DNA of 64,000 nt from an uncultured virus (IMG/VR IMGVR_UViG_3300027782_003691) (taxonomy: Duplodnaviria; Heunggongvirae; Uroviricota; Caudoviricetes): IMG/VR virus record IMGVR_UViG_3300027782_003691; one strand, given 5' to 3'. How positions within the stretch are numbered: position 1 is the first letter of the stretch; the number at the start of each line of letters is the position of its first letter. Positions 29,571 to 38,111 of this stretch are shown here, in pieces. The translations under genes and the position numbers were made by a program. The notes beneath the pieces were generated by a model that was given only the letters and a program-made list of their open reading frames with translations, did not search any database and was not told the origin of the DNA.

Positions 29571-30103
29571 AATATTACAAATATCTAGATATAGATTGTT
29601 CCAAAGTCAGTCCTAAGTTAGCACAATATATTCTCGACAATTCTGAATCAATATTAGCATCGCATCAAAATTCTGCATGGAAATCCGTAGATACACAAGA
29701 TGTGTTGTATAAGGTGCCCGAACTCGACGAAATGGTTGCTCCTTTGGATATTACTATAAAATATCTTGCATTTTTTGTCACCAACACACAGTATGGTACA
29801 ATACATATTGATCACGATATGCAATCTAACTGTAGAATAAATATTCCAGTAATGAATTGCGAAAATAGTGAGACTAGGTTTTTTACAGTAAGTGAAGAAC
29901 CGGTTAAGGTATTACAAAAAAACGGAATACCATTATTAAAATTGAATCCGTTAGCCTGCTTACAAGTTGATAAATTCGAGCTTACTAGACCTGTCGTGTT
30001 TAGAAATGATCAACCGCATCAAGTTGTTAGTTATAATGAAATACAACCACGTGTATCGTGTACAATTGGGTTTCATGAAAATCTAGAATTTTTATTTGAA
30101 TAA
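29567..30103 (+). CDS. 2OG-Fe(II) oxygenase/cupin-like protein
   Basis: IHID...RINIP...PHQV...PR. Confidence 0.65.
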   Translation: MKYYKYLDIDCSKVSPKLAQYILDNSESILASHQNSAWKSVDTQDVLYKVPELDEMVAPLDITIKYLAFFVTNTQYGTIHIDHDMQSNCRINIPVMNCENSETRFFTVSEEPVKVLQKNGIPLLKLNPLACLQVDKFELTRPVVFRNDQPHQVVSYNEIQPRVSCTIGFHENLEFLFE

Positions 30104-30104
30104 T

Positions 30105-30671
30105 ATGACAAAATATTGTGTTGATCTTGATTTACCTATACCATTGTTTAAATCTACATTGGCTCCGTTTGAATTTTTAAAAGAAAACAATAAAAATTTA
30201 TCTAGACATTACCAACTTGACAGAGATCTGTTAAGTGATGATATCATTGCATTTTTTGCGGACCATGGATTTATAGTTACGTTTGTTGATATTTTTTACC
30301 GACCTGCAGGAGTAGGTAGTCGCATACACAGTGATACAGAAAAACGTGGTGATTATGCCAAGTTAAATTGGGTGTATGGCGGAGAAGGAAGTATCATGAA
30401 TTGGTATACGCCCAACCAAAATGAAATGGGTATTACCGATGAAACAGTTGTTTCAACTTATGCTGTGTATTATAAGCCAGAAGAGGTTACATTAGCGCAC
30501 AGTCAAATAATAGGAACTCCCACTCTTGTGCAGGTAGGTGTACCACATAGTGTTGACAATAATGTCATTGCTGACAGGTATTGTGTCAGCATAGCTTATA
30601 ACTATACGGAACCTAGAAATCGTCCTACTTTTAATGAATCATATGAAATTTTTAAAAATTACGTTAGATAA
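30105..30671 (+). CDS. 2OG-Fe(II) oxygenase/cupin-like protein
   Basis: IHSD...KLNW...PHSVDN...RYCVS. Confidence 0.65.
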   Translation: MTKYCVDLDLPIPLFKSTLAPFEFLKENNKNLSRHYQLDRDLLSDDIIAFFADHGFIVTFVDIFYRPAGVGSRIHSDTEKRGDYAKLNWVYGGEGSIMNWYTPNQNEMGITDETVVSTYAVYYKPEEVTLAHSQIIGTPTLVQVGVPHSVDNNVIADRYCVSIAYNYTEPRNRPTFNESYEIFKNYVR

Positions 30672-30686
30672 TCAGGGAAATACTTT

Positions 30687-31463
30687 ATGTTTACTAAACT
30701 TGTGATAGTAGGTGATAGTTATTGTGCTGAGAGATATCAAGACACCGATTGGCCTTTATTTTTAGCAAATAAATTAAAAGTACCGTTGTATGGATCGGGA
30801 TATGGAGGAAGACCATGGTGGACTACTCGACGTTGGTTGATTGAAAACTCCTCGTTGCTTGATAAACAAACATTAGTTATCGTATGCCATACAAATTATA
30901 GTAGACTGCCTTCTATTTTGGATTTTCCTATTAATCCAGGATTGTTACGGTCAGAAATTAATTCTGACAAATCAGATATAAAGCACCTTGAGCCAACAGG
31001 AAAATTACACAGGCTGGTTAAAGATTTTTATGAATCTGATTTATATGTAGTTGACTTTTATAAATGGGCAAAAGCACAATGGTTGACAGAATTAAACGTC
31101 ATGTCAGAAAATTTTTATCGGTTAATTCATATAAATTGCTTTGATGATTACGATCATGTGCCCGACCGTAATTCATGTGCTATACAGATTTCTGAAGAGT
31201 TGACTTCATTATATAAAGCATCGCAGAAAGAACTTATCCCACATACCGGCGACCCATCTAATGGCAATTACGGTCCAGATATGAGACGGAATCACTTTAG
31301 AGAACACAATAATATAAAACTAGGTGAAGGCATTGCTGATATAATCAGCAAGTCAAATTATGAAGTTATAAACTATCTTAATAATGTAGACGAATGGGAT
31401 TTCACTCCTGTGGAATTTATTCCATCTGTACCGCCTACTAAATGGAAGATGCCATGGCAATAA
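30687..31463 (+). CDS. SGNH/GDSL-like protein
   Basis: VGDSY...GYGG...DMRRNH; same pattern as 445-1266. Confidence 0.55.
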   Translation: MFTKLVIVGDSYCAERYQDTDWPLFLANKLKVPLYGSGYGGRPWWTTRRWLIENSSLLDKQTLVIVCHTNYSRLPSILDFPINPGLLRSEINSDKSDIKHLEPTGKLHRLVKDFYESDLYVVDFYKWAKAQWLTELNVMSENFYRLIHINCFDDYDHVPDRNSCAIQISEELTSLYKASQKELIPHTGDPSNGNYGPDMRRNHFREHNNIKLGEGIADIISKSNYEVINYLNNVDEWDFTPVEFIPSVPPTKWKMPWQ

Positions 31464-31475
31464 GTACAGCCGTTT

Positions 31476-32096
31476 TTATATAGTACCAGGATCAGTTAAT
31501 CCTAACTGTGAAAATCCCCAGGCTCGCTCGTTGCACCCGTTGCATTTATGGCAACGACCTACTTTAAACTTGTTACAAGTATGTGTAATGTAAAATAGGT
31601 CTTCTTGTTTGCATTGTATGACTAGATCTATTATATGTGTTTTGTTTAGATCTTTAAGTGGTGTTTTAAATCTTTTAGTTTCTTTAGCTTCGGGAGGAGT
31701 CCATCCTACCATATGTGCAGGCTGTTGTTCAATTACGCCACAATACGTTAGGTCAAACCCAAGATCATATGCGTGTAATACACCTGACTTGACTTGCCGA
31801 TCATCTGGTAGTGAAGGATTTCCAACTATAATAGCATCCTGCTTGATTAAGTTAAATTTCTCATTCATGTTTGCCACTACTAGCTTACTAAAGTATTCAG
31901 ATCCTTCTGAACGCATAATAGATATAGGCCGTATGTCATGCCTATAACCTGTGTCTTTATTTTCCTGCAACATTAAGTAATACAGTATAGCACTATCTAT
32001 GCCGCCACTGATAAGGACTGCTATCTTAGTTCTTTCTTCTGGAAGTTTTAATTTAAGGGTACGTTGGTTACCAACGGGGCCGCACGTTATAATCAT
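31476..32096 (-). CDS. QueC-like PP-loop ATPase (7-cyano-7-deazaguanine synthase-like)
   Basis: ISGGIDS and C-terminal THTC...CHKCNGCNER zinc motif; divergent. Confidence 0.7.
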   Translation of the reverse strand: MIITCGPVGNQRTLKLKLPEERTKIAVLISGGIDSAILYYLMLQENKDTGYRHDIRPISIMRSEGSEYFSKLVVANMNEKFNLIKQDAIIVGNPSLPDDRQVKSGVLHAYDLGFDLTYCGVIEQQPAHMVGWTPPEAKETKRFKTPLKDLNKTHIIDLVIQCKQEDLFYITHTCNKFKVGRCHKCNGCNERAWGFSQLGLTDPGTI

Positions 32097-32110
32097 AATT
32101 TTATTTATAA

Positions 32111-32716
32111 CTATGCCGTGGGCCCGTTACCATTTTTAAAACCAACTGCACCACCTTCTTCTTCAATTCGTTTGACAACATCTTCAAACAAGATTGGGGC
32201 AAAGTCTGTCTGCTCAACACAAACACAGTGGTACCTGGTATCAATCTCTGATTCACTGTAAACAATCTCACCAGTGGGGTAATTAATACCCTTCGCCCGC
32301 ATAACACGATTGGAATGAAGATGACCGTGGATGTTAACACCAAAACGACCAAGGCTTGATTCATGTAGGGGAATATGACTAAGAATCATTCCGTTAAGTA
32401 CATGGTACGCCCGAAGCTCACGAAAGTGTTCACGGTATTCGTCATCACGGAAGATATCGTGATTGCCACGAATAAGAACCTTGTCACCATTGAGACGCCG
32501 CATAATACCAAGTGCCTTTCGGTTAATAACCACATCACCAAGATGATATACTTTGTCATTTGGACGAACAGTATCGTTCCAACGCTTAACCATTTCTTCA
32601 TCCATTTCCTCTGCGGTATCCCATGGACGAAGCTTGGTCTCACCGTCACTACGCATGAAACGGCATACACCTGCGTGTCCAAAGTGCGTGTCGCTTACCA
32701 GAAATACTCCAGGCAT
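32111..32716 (-). CDS. calcineurin-like metallophosphoesterase
   Basis: SDTHFGH, HLGD, GNHD, SHIP, HGHLH. Confidence 0.9.
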   Translation of the reverse strand: MPGVFLVSDTHFGHAGVCRFMRSDGETKLRPWDTAEEMDEEMVKRWNDTVRPNDKVYHLGDVVINRKALGIMRRLNGDKVLIRGNHDIFRDDEYREHFRELRAYHVLNGMILSHIPLHESSLGRFGVNIHGHLHSNRVMRAKGINYPTGEIVYSESEIDTRYHCVCVEQTDFAPILFEDVVKRIEEEGGAVGFKNGNGPTA

Positions 32717-32791
32717 ATCGTTCTCCTATCTAAAAATATATTATAACATAAGTCAAATAAAATAGCAATCAAAGTTTGTTGAACTAGTGAA

Positions 32792-33742
32792 TTATTGTGG
32801 GTTTTTTGTACTATTTTTGCGATTAAGATAATCATCAACTGCTTTGTACACCAATGTACCATAGCGTTTTAAAAGTGTACGCTCTTGATAGTTATTTCTA
32901 TCTCTGAAATAATCACCAAGATAGTTTTGTAAATTTGCCATTGTAGCTGTATCAGCTTTGGCATCTGGCATATTTAATTTATTATCTTTGATAAATTTTG
33001 CTGCGGCTTGGTTAGCAAACGCCGTCATTTCTTGTGGACTAGCTCGAAATATTCTATAGTTTTCGGGATTATCAAGTGCTCCTGGTGTGTCTACCATTTT
33101 CGTAAATTCTTTCTTATTGGGTACTTCTTTTGTCTTTATATAACTGCCGTAATCGGTACCACTATCAGGTACGCCCTTGGATATTTGTGGCATATGCTGT
33201 CGAGCATGAACTAGTTCATGTATAAAGGTACTAGCGCAATTGTCAAGCACCGGAATAGGGGTATCAAACAAAGTTTTTTTAAAAGTGTTTATAATCTTTT
33301 TTGCAGTTTTTGTATAATCAAACGGGTCGCCGACTCTATTGGCCACCACTGCTTTTGTCCATCTAGCCCAAATCGGGTTTGCTATTCCATTAATATACGC
33401 AATGTTTAATCTGACTTCCAACAAGTAACATTCACCGTTGGCATCGGCTAACGGTTCAAAAATAACGTCAGATACCGGCACTTTCATTTTATTGACAGCT
33501 AGCTTTTTTAATTCTTTCTCGCACTGATCTTTTATCAATCCTGCCAGTTCAACTGCTTGTCTTACCGAACCAAATGTTTTTGTCTGTGCTATATCTGCTT
33601 TCATCGCCGGGGTAATAGCCACTGTGGCCAGGGCAGTACATGCAGTCAAAATACCTTTTTTCATGGCATTTTCGGCATCATCAATATATCTAGTGTAGTT
33701 GATAGCCTCATCAACAGTTTGTTCTATCTCATATAATCTCAT
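32792..33742 (-). CDS. hypothetical protein with HExxH motif, possible virion protein
   Basis: MRLYEI start; FIHELVH. Confidence 0.6.
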   Translation of the reverse strand: MRLYEIEQTVDEAINYTRYIDDAENAMKKGILTACTALATVAITPAMKADIAQTKTFGSVRQAVELAGLIKDQCEKELKKLAVNKMKVPVSDVIFEPLADANGECYLLEVRLNIAYINGIANPIWARWTKAVVANRVGDPFDYTKTAKKIINTFKKTLFDTPIPVLDNCASTFIHELVHARQHMPQISKGVPDSGTDYGSYIKTKEVPNKKEFTKMVDTPGALDNPENYRIFRASPQEMTAFANQAAAKFIKDNKLNMPDAKADTATMANLQNYLGDYFRDRNNYQERTLLKRYGTLVYKAVDDYLNRKNSTKNPQ

Positions 33743-34437
33743 GATGGTTTATATTCACCTAAGTCAATAATTTGTTGTCCTGGCCTAGGGTAATGTTTAG
33801 CGATAATAGTCTGCGGATTTAGTTGTCTATATTCTTCTATATTGTCAATCACATATTTCATTACTGGCCACGCTTTTTCACCCCCAGTAACTTTGTATTG
33901 TGGCAATGTCTTGTCATCTATGTTGTTCACATACCACACATTTTTGAATGTGCCATGTTTTGGTTTTTGTTCAGGCTGTCTATGCTCTGGTGCAGTACCT
34001 TTTTCCATGGCAAATAAGTATCCACCACGAGCCATGGCATCTTGGTACTTGGGATCTTTTATTATATCATCATGCGGAACTACATGCCACCCTAAATCTG
34101 GAGTTATTCGTTTAATTAATGTGTCATAGGCTCTAGCACGGCTTTTTTCGTTTGCTGTTAATGTAATAGTATGTAATTTGGGATTATTGAATACAAACTC
34201 TGTTATTCCTTGTATAACTGTGGCAAATATTTGATCTGCGTTTCCGAGCCCAGTTATTCTAAATTCACGATCCACATTAAAAGCTATGTCAACATATCCA
34301 GTGGCTTCAGGCGTAAAATGTATTTCTATCTCACGCCCAGACGGTAATTTAGACCTAGCAATACTAGGATTAACCCAAGTTATAGGTTGGGCAAGTTTTT
34401 TGTCAATTAGCTCTGATAGGAATTCTGTTGCTCTCAT
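33739..34437 (-). CDS. hypothetical protein, possible virion protein
   Basis: Start reassigned to MRATEF after TAAATA (track start lies in a tRNA). Confidence 0.6.
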   Translation of the reverse strand: MRATEFLSELIDKKLAQPITWVNPSIARSKLPSGREIEIHFTPEATGYVDIAFNVDREFRITGLGNADQIFATVIQGITEFVFNNPKLHTITLTANEKSRARAYDTLIKRITPDLGWHVVPHDDIIKDPKYQDAMARGGYLFAMEKGTAPEHRQPEQKPKHGTFKNVWYVNNIDDKTLPQYKVTGGEKAWPVMKYVIDNIEEYRQLNPQTIIAKHYPRPGQQIIDLGEYKPS

Positions 34438-34462
34438 AGCTTTATTTATGTGCTGCATTGTT

Positions 34463-34539
34463 TGGTAGCGAAGAGTGGATTCGAACCACCGACCTTGTGA
34501 ATATGAGTCACCTGCTCTAACCAACTGAGCTACATCGCC
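34463..34539 (-). tRNA. tRNA-Met(CAT), probably elongator
   Basis: CT-CAT-AT loop, CCA; one acceptor mismatch; Met vs Ile2 identity inferred. Confidence 0.8.
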
Positions 34540-34540
34540 A

Positions 34541-34615
34541 TGGTCCGGCCAGCAGGAATCGAACCCACAATAAGGGAGTAGAAATCCCTAGTTATATCCA
34601 TTTAACTATGGCCGG
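34541..34615 (-). tRNA. tRNA-Arg(TCT)
   Basis: AGGGA-TT TCT AC-TCCCT, GGATA D-loop, CCA. Confidence 0.9.
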
Positions 34616-34699
34616 ATTATTATATTGAAACACACTCTGGCTACGTCCGATAAGACCTAGCGTTGGCATGCCTACTTAAATGTGCTTCAATATAATAAT
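34616..34699 (-). ncRNA. conserved-stem hairpin element H1
   Basis: ATTATTATATTGAAGCACAT.../...GTGTGTTTCAATATAATAAT; G-U pairs only on minus strand. Confidence 0.65.
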
Positions 34700-34700
34700 A

Positions 34701-34775
34701 TGGTGTGACCGGAGAATTTCGAAATCTCGACCTTGGCGTTAAAAGCACCCTGCTCTTCCTCTGAGCTACGATCAC
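34701..34775 (-). tRNA. tRNA-Lys(TTT)
   Basis: CT-TTT-AA, CCA. Confidence 0.92.
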
Positions 34776-34783
34776 ATTAAACT

Positions 34784-34812
34784 ATTATAGTTGAACTTCA
34801 ATTAATTGTCAA
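34784..34812 (-). promoter_or_regulatory. sigma70-type promoter
   Basis: TTGACA-17-TATAAT. Confidence 0.8.
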
Positions 34813-34813
34813 C

Positions 34814-34890
34814 TGGGGTGTAGGACGGAATTTGAATCCGCATAGGCAAGATCCACAATCTTGGGCTTTACCGATTAAGCTACCTACACC
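34814..34890 (-). tRNA. tRNA-His(GTG)
   Basis: TT-GTG-GA, G-1/C73, CCA. Confidence 0.93.
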
Positions 34891-34896
34891 ATTGAT

Positions 34897-34972
34897 TGGT
34901 CCACCCTCCTGGTTACGCTCCAGACTATCCAGTTCTTCAAACTGGCGCTTTCACTAGATTAGCTTAGGGTGG
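34897..34972 (-). tRNA. tRNA-Phe(GAA), atypical D/T loops
   Basis: CCAGT-TT GAA GA-ACTGG; T-loop AGCGTAA; D-loop lacks GG. Confidence 0.85.
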
Positions 34973-35014
34973 TAATTTAAAAACTTAATGACATTATAAC
35001 ATATAAGTAGTAGC

Positions 35015-36550
35015 ATGGCTAATATTATAATTTTTGCTGATACCACAGCCGATGATATAGTTTTTCAACCAAGTCATCCAAAACTGGGGAGACGTTCTCC
35101 AAGTAAATCTATCGGTGCATATCGAGTAGCAACTGAAATAAGAAAAGTAGGATTTACTTGTCAAGTAATACAATTAGTTACAGCATTTACTTCGGAAGAA
35201 CTATCACAGGCATGCAACAAATTTATTGGCTCGGATACTGTGGCAATTGCTTTTAGCACATCGTTTTGGCTTAGGGTTCGTTTTAAGGTTATAGGAAATC
35301 TTGTTTCACATATTATTAGTCAAGCCAAACATATAAACAACAATATTCAAATACTATTTGGTGGGCCAAACGGTGTAGATTTATTGGAGAGTGTTAAAAA
35401 TGTAGACGCTGTATTTTTAGGATATAGTGAAAAACAATTTACCGACTACATAGTATCTATACGTGATAAAACTACAATACCTGTACCCACAAGAAAACAA
35501 GATAACACGTTAATATATGATGTAACTGCATCAGATAAAACATTTAACTTTTGTCGTTGCCAAATTATATACCAACCAGAAGATTGCGTTGATCCTGGCG
35601 AATCAATTACGCTAGAAGTGAGTAGGGGTTGTATTTTTAAATGCAAGTTTTGTGCCTATCCATTGAATGGTAAGAAAAAATTAGATTTTATTAAAGATTA
35701 TGATGTACTGACCGAAGAGTTAATATACAATTATGAAAATTTTGGAATTTATAAATATCTGATAAGTGATGATACGTTCAATGATAGTAATGAAAAATTA
35801 GCACATCTACATAAAATTTTTACTTCGTTGCCATTTAAAATTTATTTTGCATGTTATCTCAGACTTGATCTATTACATGCACATAGAGATCAAGTTAGGT
35901 TGTTAAAAGAAATGGGGCTGCGTGGTTGTCATTTTGGAGTAGAATCATTTCATGATCGGGCTGCAAGTTCGATAGGTAAAGGACTTGGTGGGGTTAAATC
36001 TAAAAAATTTTTGCAAGAATTAAAAAATGAATTATGGGGCGATGACGTCAAGATTAGCATTAGCGTAATAACTGGGTTACCGCACGAAACCTATGAATCA
36101 TATATGGAAACTAAGCAATGGATTTTGGATCCCAACAATCTAGTGGATGGGGTTCGCATCTTTCCATTATTGTTGGTTAATCCGATACATGATAATTTAC
36201 CATATAAGAGTGAGTTTCAACTAAATGCCTCAAAATACGGATATTATTGGCCTGATCCAAAACAACCACGAATATGGAAAAATTTATCTAGTCCAATCAA
36301 ACATTACAGTGAAGCAGAATCTCTAGCTCACGAATTAACGGAAGCAGCGCGGTCCGTGAACAGAGGAGAATTTGGCGGGTTTGATTTTCTCTTGACAGAT
36401 TCCATGGTAAAATATTTCGATGATCCTCAGCCATTAGAAGAACAATTTAAAATGAATAGATCTGAATATATGATGTGGGTAGATAGAAATTACAAAAAAG
36501 CCACAGTTGATTATGTGCAAAATTATATCAATTCAATATTAAATTTATAA
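35015..36550 (+). CDS. B12-binding-domain-like (class B-type) radical SAM protein
   Basis: FGGPN, EVSRGCIFKCKFC, DDTFND, GVES, GLPHET. Confidence 0.88.
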   Translation: MANIIIFADTTADDIVFQPSHPKLGRRSPSKSIGAYRVATEIRKVGFTCQVIQLVTAFTSEELSQACNKFIGSDTVAIAFSTSFWLRVRFKVIGNLVSHIISQAKHINNNIQILFGGPNGVDLLESVKNVDAVFLGYSEKQFTDYIVSIRDKTTIPVPTRKQDNTLIYDVTASDKTFNFCRCQIIYQPEDCVDPGESITLEVSRGCIFKCKFCAYPLNGKKKLDFIKDYDVLTEELIYNYENFGIYKYLISDDTFNDSNEKLAHLHKIFTSLPFKIYFACYLRLDLLHAHRDQVRLLKEMGLRGCHFGVESFHDRAASSIGKGLGGVKSKKFLQELKNELWGDDVKISISVITGLPHETYESYMETKQWILDPNNLVDGVRIFPLLLVNPIHDNLPYKSEFQLNASKYGYYWPDPKQPRIWKNLSSPIKHYSEAESLAHELTEAARSVNRGEFGGFDFLLTDSMVKYFDDPQPLEEQFKMNRSEYMMWVDRNYKKATVDYVQNYINSILNL

Positions 36551-36626
36551 TGGTAGGGGGTACCGGGTTCGAACCGATGACATTCTGCGTGTAAGGCAGA
36601 CGCTCTACCAACTGAGCTAACCCCCT
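36551..36626 (-). tRNA. tRNA-Val(TAC)
   Basis: CT-TAC-AC, CCA. Confidence 0.95.
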
Positions 36627-36632
36627 AATATG

Positions 36633-36708
36633 TGGCAGGAGATACAGGGTTCGAACCTGTGTATGACGGAATCAAAATCCGTTGCCTTACCAGCTTGGCT
36701 AATCTCCA
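36633..36708 (-). tRNA. tRNA-Gln(TTG)
   Basis: TT-TTG-AT, CCA. Confidence 0.93.
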
Positions 36709-36714
36709 ACTGAA

Positions 36715-36969
36715 CTATCTATATTTTTTACTTTGTTTTTTTGCCTGTACTGATTCGATCTTCATCAAATACTCTTTGGCATCAACACGCCCTTCTTGGA
36801 TATCCAGCAGAACTTCTGACAACCGTGTAATTTTATCTGTGCCCAATCTATGGAATCGTAACTCCCGCATTTTGGCCGCAGCGATCAACACCAAGTCATA
36901 ACGCTTATTGCCGACTTGTTCACAGCAAAGGTTGACATCGATAAGACTGGCTACTGTTTTGACTGACAT
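36715..36969 (-). CDS. rpoZ: RNA polymerase omega subunit-like protein
   Basis: CCEQVGNKRYDLVLIAAAKMREL...VLLDIQEGRV resembles omega conserved regions. Confidence 0.7.
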   Translation of the reverse strand: MSVKTVASLIDVNLCCEQVGNKRYDLVLIAAAKMRELRFHRLGTDKITRLSEVLLDIQEGRVDAKEYLMKIESVQAKKQSKKYR

Positions 36970-36997
36970 ATATTTCCTAAAGTTGAACTAAGTTAAT

Positions 36998-37074
36998 TGG
37001 TCGGAGATGTAGGATTCGAACCTACGGTTTTCTGCTCCCAAAGCAGACGGATTACCAGACTTTCCCAATCTCCG
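36998..37074 (-). tRNA. tRNA-Pro(TGG)
   Basis: TT-TGG-GA, C1-G72, CCA. Confidence 0.93.
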
Positions 37075-37095
37075 ATAGAGTTGTAAAACTATTTC

Positions 37096-37293
37096 CTACC
37101 TACAAACACGAACATTATAATACTGTCTGGTGTATCCATTCCACTGCGTTACATAAGAACAACGAACAGGTGGTGCCACATATACAGGCCTAGGTTGAAC
37201 ATACACCGGCCTTGTCTGAACATAATATGGATCAGCAACAATACAACCAGTAAGTACTAATGACGCCACACCAATTGCTAAAACTGCTTTCAT
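37096..37293 (-). CDS. small lipoprotein with Pro/Val/Tyr repeats
   Basis: Signal peptide with lipobox LTGC; RPVYV x2; AGGAG SD. Confidence 0.75.
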   Translation of the reverse strand: MKAVLAIGVASLVLTGCIVADPYYVQTRPVYVQPRPVYVAPPVRCSYVTQWNGYTRQYYNVRVCR

Positions 37294-37313
37294 GTCAACT
37301 CCTTGTTATAAAA

Positions 37314-37392
37314 TGGTAGCGGAGGAAGGATTTGAACCAACGATCTCTAGCTTATGAGACTAGCGGGGACGACCAGACTCCCCTACTCCGCA
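37314..37392 (-). tRNA. initiator-like tRNA-fMet(CAT), atypical
   Basis: U1xU72 mismatch, CT-CAT-AA; lacks three G-C anticodon pairs, two T-stem mismatches. Confidence 0.8.
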
Positions 37393-37411
37393 ACAGGCTT
37401 ACTATACAAAC

Positions 37412-37440
37412 ATTATATATTGTATTGTATTTAATGTCAA
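37412..37440 (-). promoter_or_regulatory. sigma70-type promoter
   Basis: TTGACA-17-TATAAT. Confidence 0.8.
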
Positions 37441-37445
37441 TTAAT

Positions 37446-37521
37446 TGGTGGAGGATAACGGGATCGAACCGTTGACCTACTGGTTGCAAACCAGTCGCTC
37501 TCCCAGCTGAGCTAATCCCCC
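37446..37521 (-). tRNA. tRNA-Ala(TGC)
   Basis: TT-TGC-AA, G3-U70, CCA. Confidence 0.95.
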
Positions 37522-37535
37522 ATTGGTCCATCAAC

Positions 37536-37682
37536 ATTATTTGGTGAACAAGCTGTTATCACTGCCACGCCCAGTTCATTCGGCAGGGGTACGTCATGAT
37601 GACGATTGTACGTTCACTGACGGTTAGGAAAGGTAACCCGTGTGCATTTAACACTGCTCAAACAACTTGTTCACTTAATAAT
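37536..37682 (-). ncRNA. unclassified structured RNA (~147 nt)
   Basis: ~22-bp closing stem ATTATTAAGTGAACAAGTTGTT/AACAGCTTGTTCACCAAATAAT between two tRNAs. Confidence 0.55.
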
Positions 37683-37684
37683 AC

Positions 37685-37760
37685 TGGAGCGGGTGATCGG
37701 GTTCGAACCGACGACAATCACGTTGGCAACGTGGCGCTCTACCAGCTGAGCTACACCCGC
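37685..37760 (-). tRNA. tRNA-Gly(GCC)
   Basis: TT-GCC-AA, U73, CCA. Confidence 0.95.
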
Positions 37761-37769
37761 ATAACTTGT

Positions 37770-37892
37770 TTAATGAAACAGGTAAAGTATAAAACTCAAT
37801 ACGATCAATCCACTTAAAAACTTAATTGATGTATGATGAAATTCTCTAACTGCTTCTGGTTCTGTTTGGTATTCAATTATATATTCTTTCAT
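37770..37892 (-). CDS. small membrane peptide (40 aa)
   Basis: MKEYIIEYQ...SGLIVLSFILYLFH; track start lies within a tRNA. Confidence 0.45.
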   Translation of the reverse strand: MKEYIIEYQTEPEAVREFHHTSIKFLSGLIVLSFILYLFH

Positions 37893-37913
37893 AATGGTTG
37901 CACTCTTATAAAA

Positions 37914-37987
37914 TGGAGCAGGGTAGGAGAATCGAACTCCTTTGACCAGCTTGGAAGGCTGGGACACAACCAATATGCCAACCCTGC
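37914..37987 (-). tRNA. tRNA-Gly(TCC)
   Basis: CT-TCC-AA, CCA. Confidence 0.93.
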
Positions 37988-37989
37988 TT

Positions 37990-38074
37990 TGGTGCGAAAG
38001 GAGGGACTTGAACCCTCAATCCATAAGGCGCAAGATTTTAAGTCTTGTGTGTATACCAATTCCACCACTCTCGC
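37990..38074 (-). tRNA. tRNA-Leu(TAA)
   Basis: CT-TAA-AA, long variable arm, CCA. Confidence 0.93.
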
Positions 38075-38082
38075 ATGTTACT

Positions 38083-38111
38083 ATTATATAGTGCTTTACT
38101 ATTACTGTCAA
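38083..38111 (-). promoter_or_regulatory. sigma70-type promoter
   Basis: TTGACA-17-TATAAT. Confidence 0.8.

Noticed and set aside
34541..34615. Amber suppressor tRNA (CTA) and stop-codon recoding
   Set aside because: The 5-bp stem centres TCT in the loop and the D loop has Arg-type A20; genes are intact in code 11 and use all three stops.
37536..37682. Hammerhead or other small self-cleaving ribozyme
   Set aside because: No correctly spaced CUGAnGA/GAAA core on either strand by eye.
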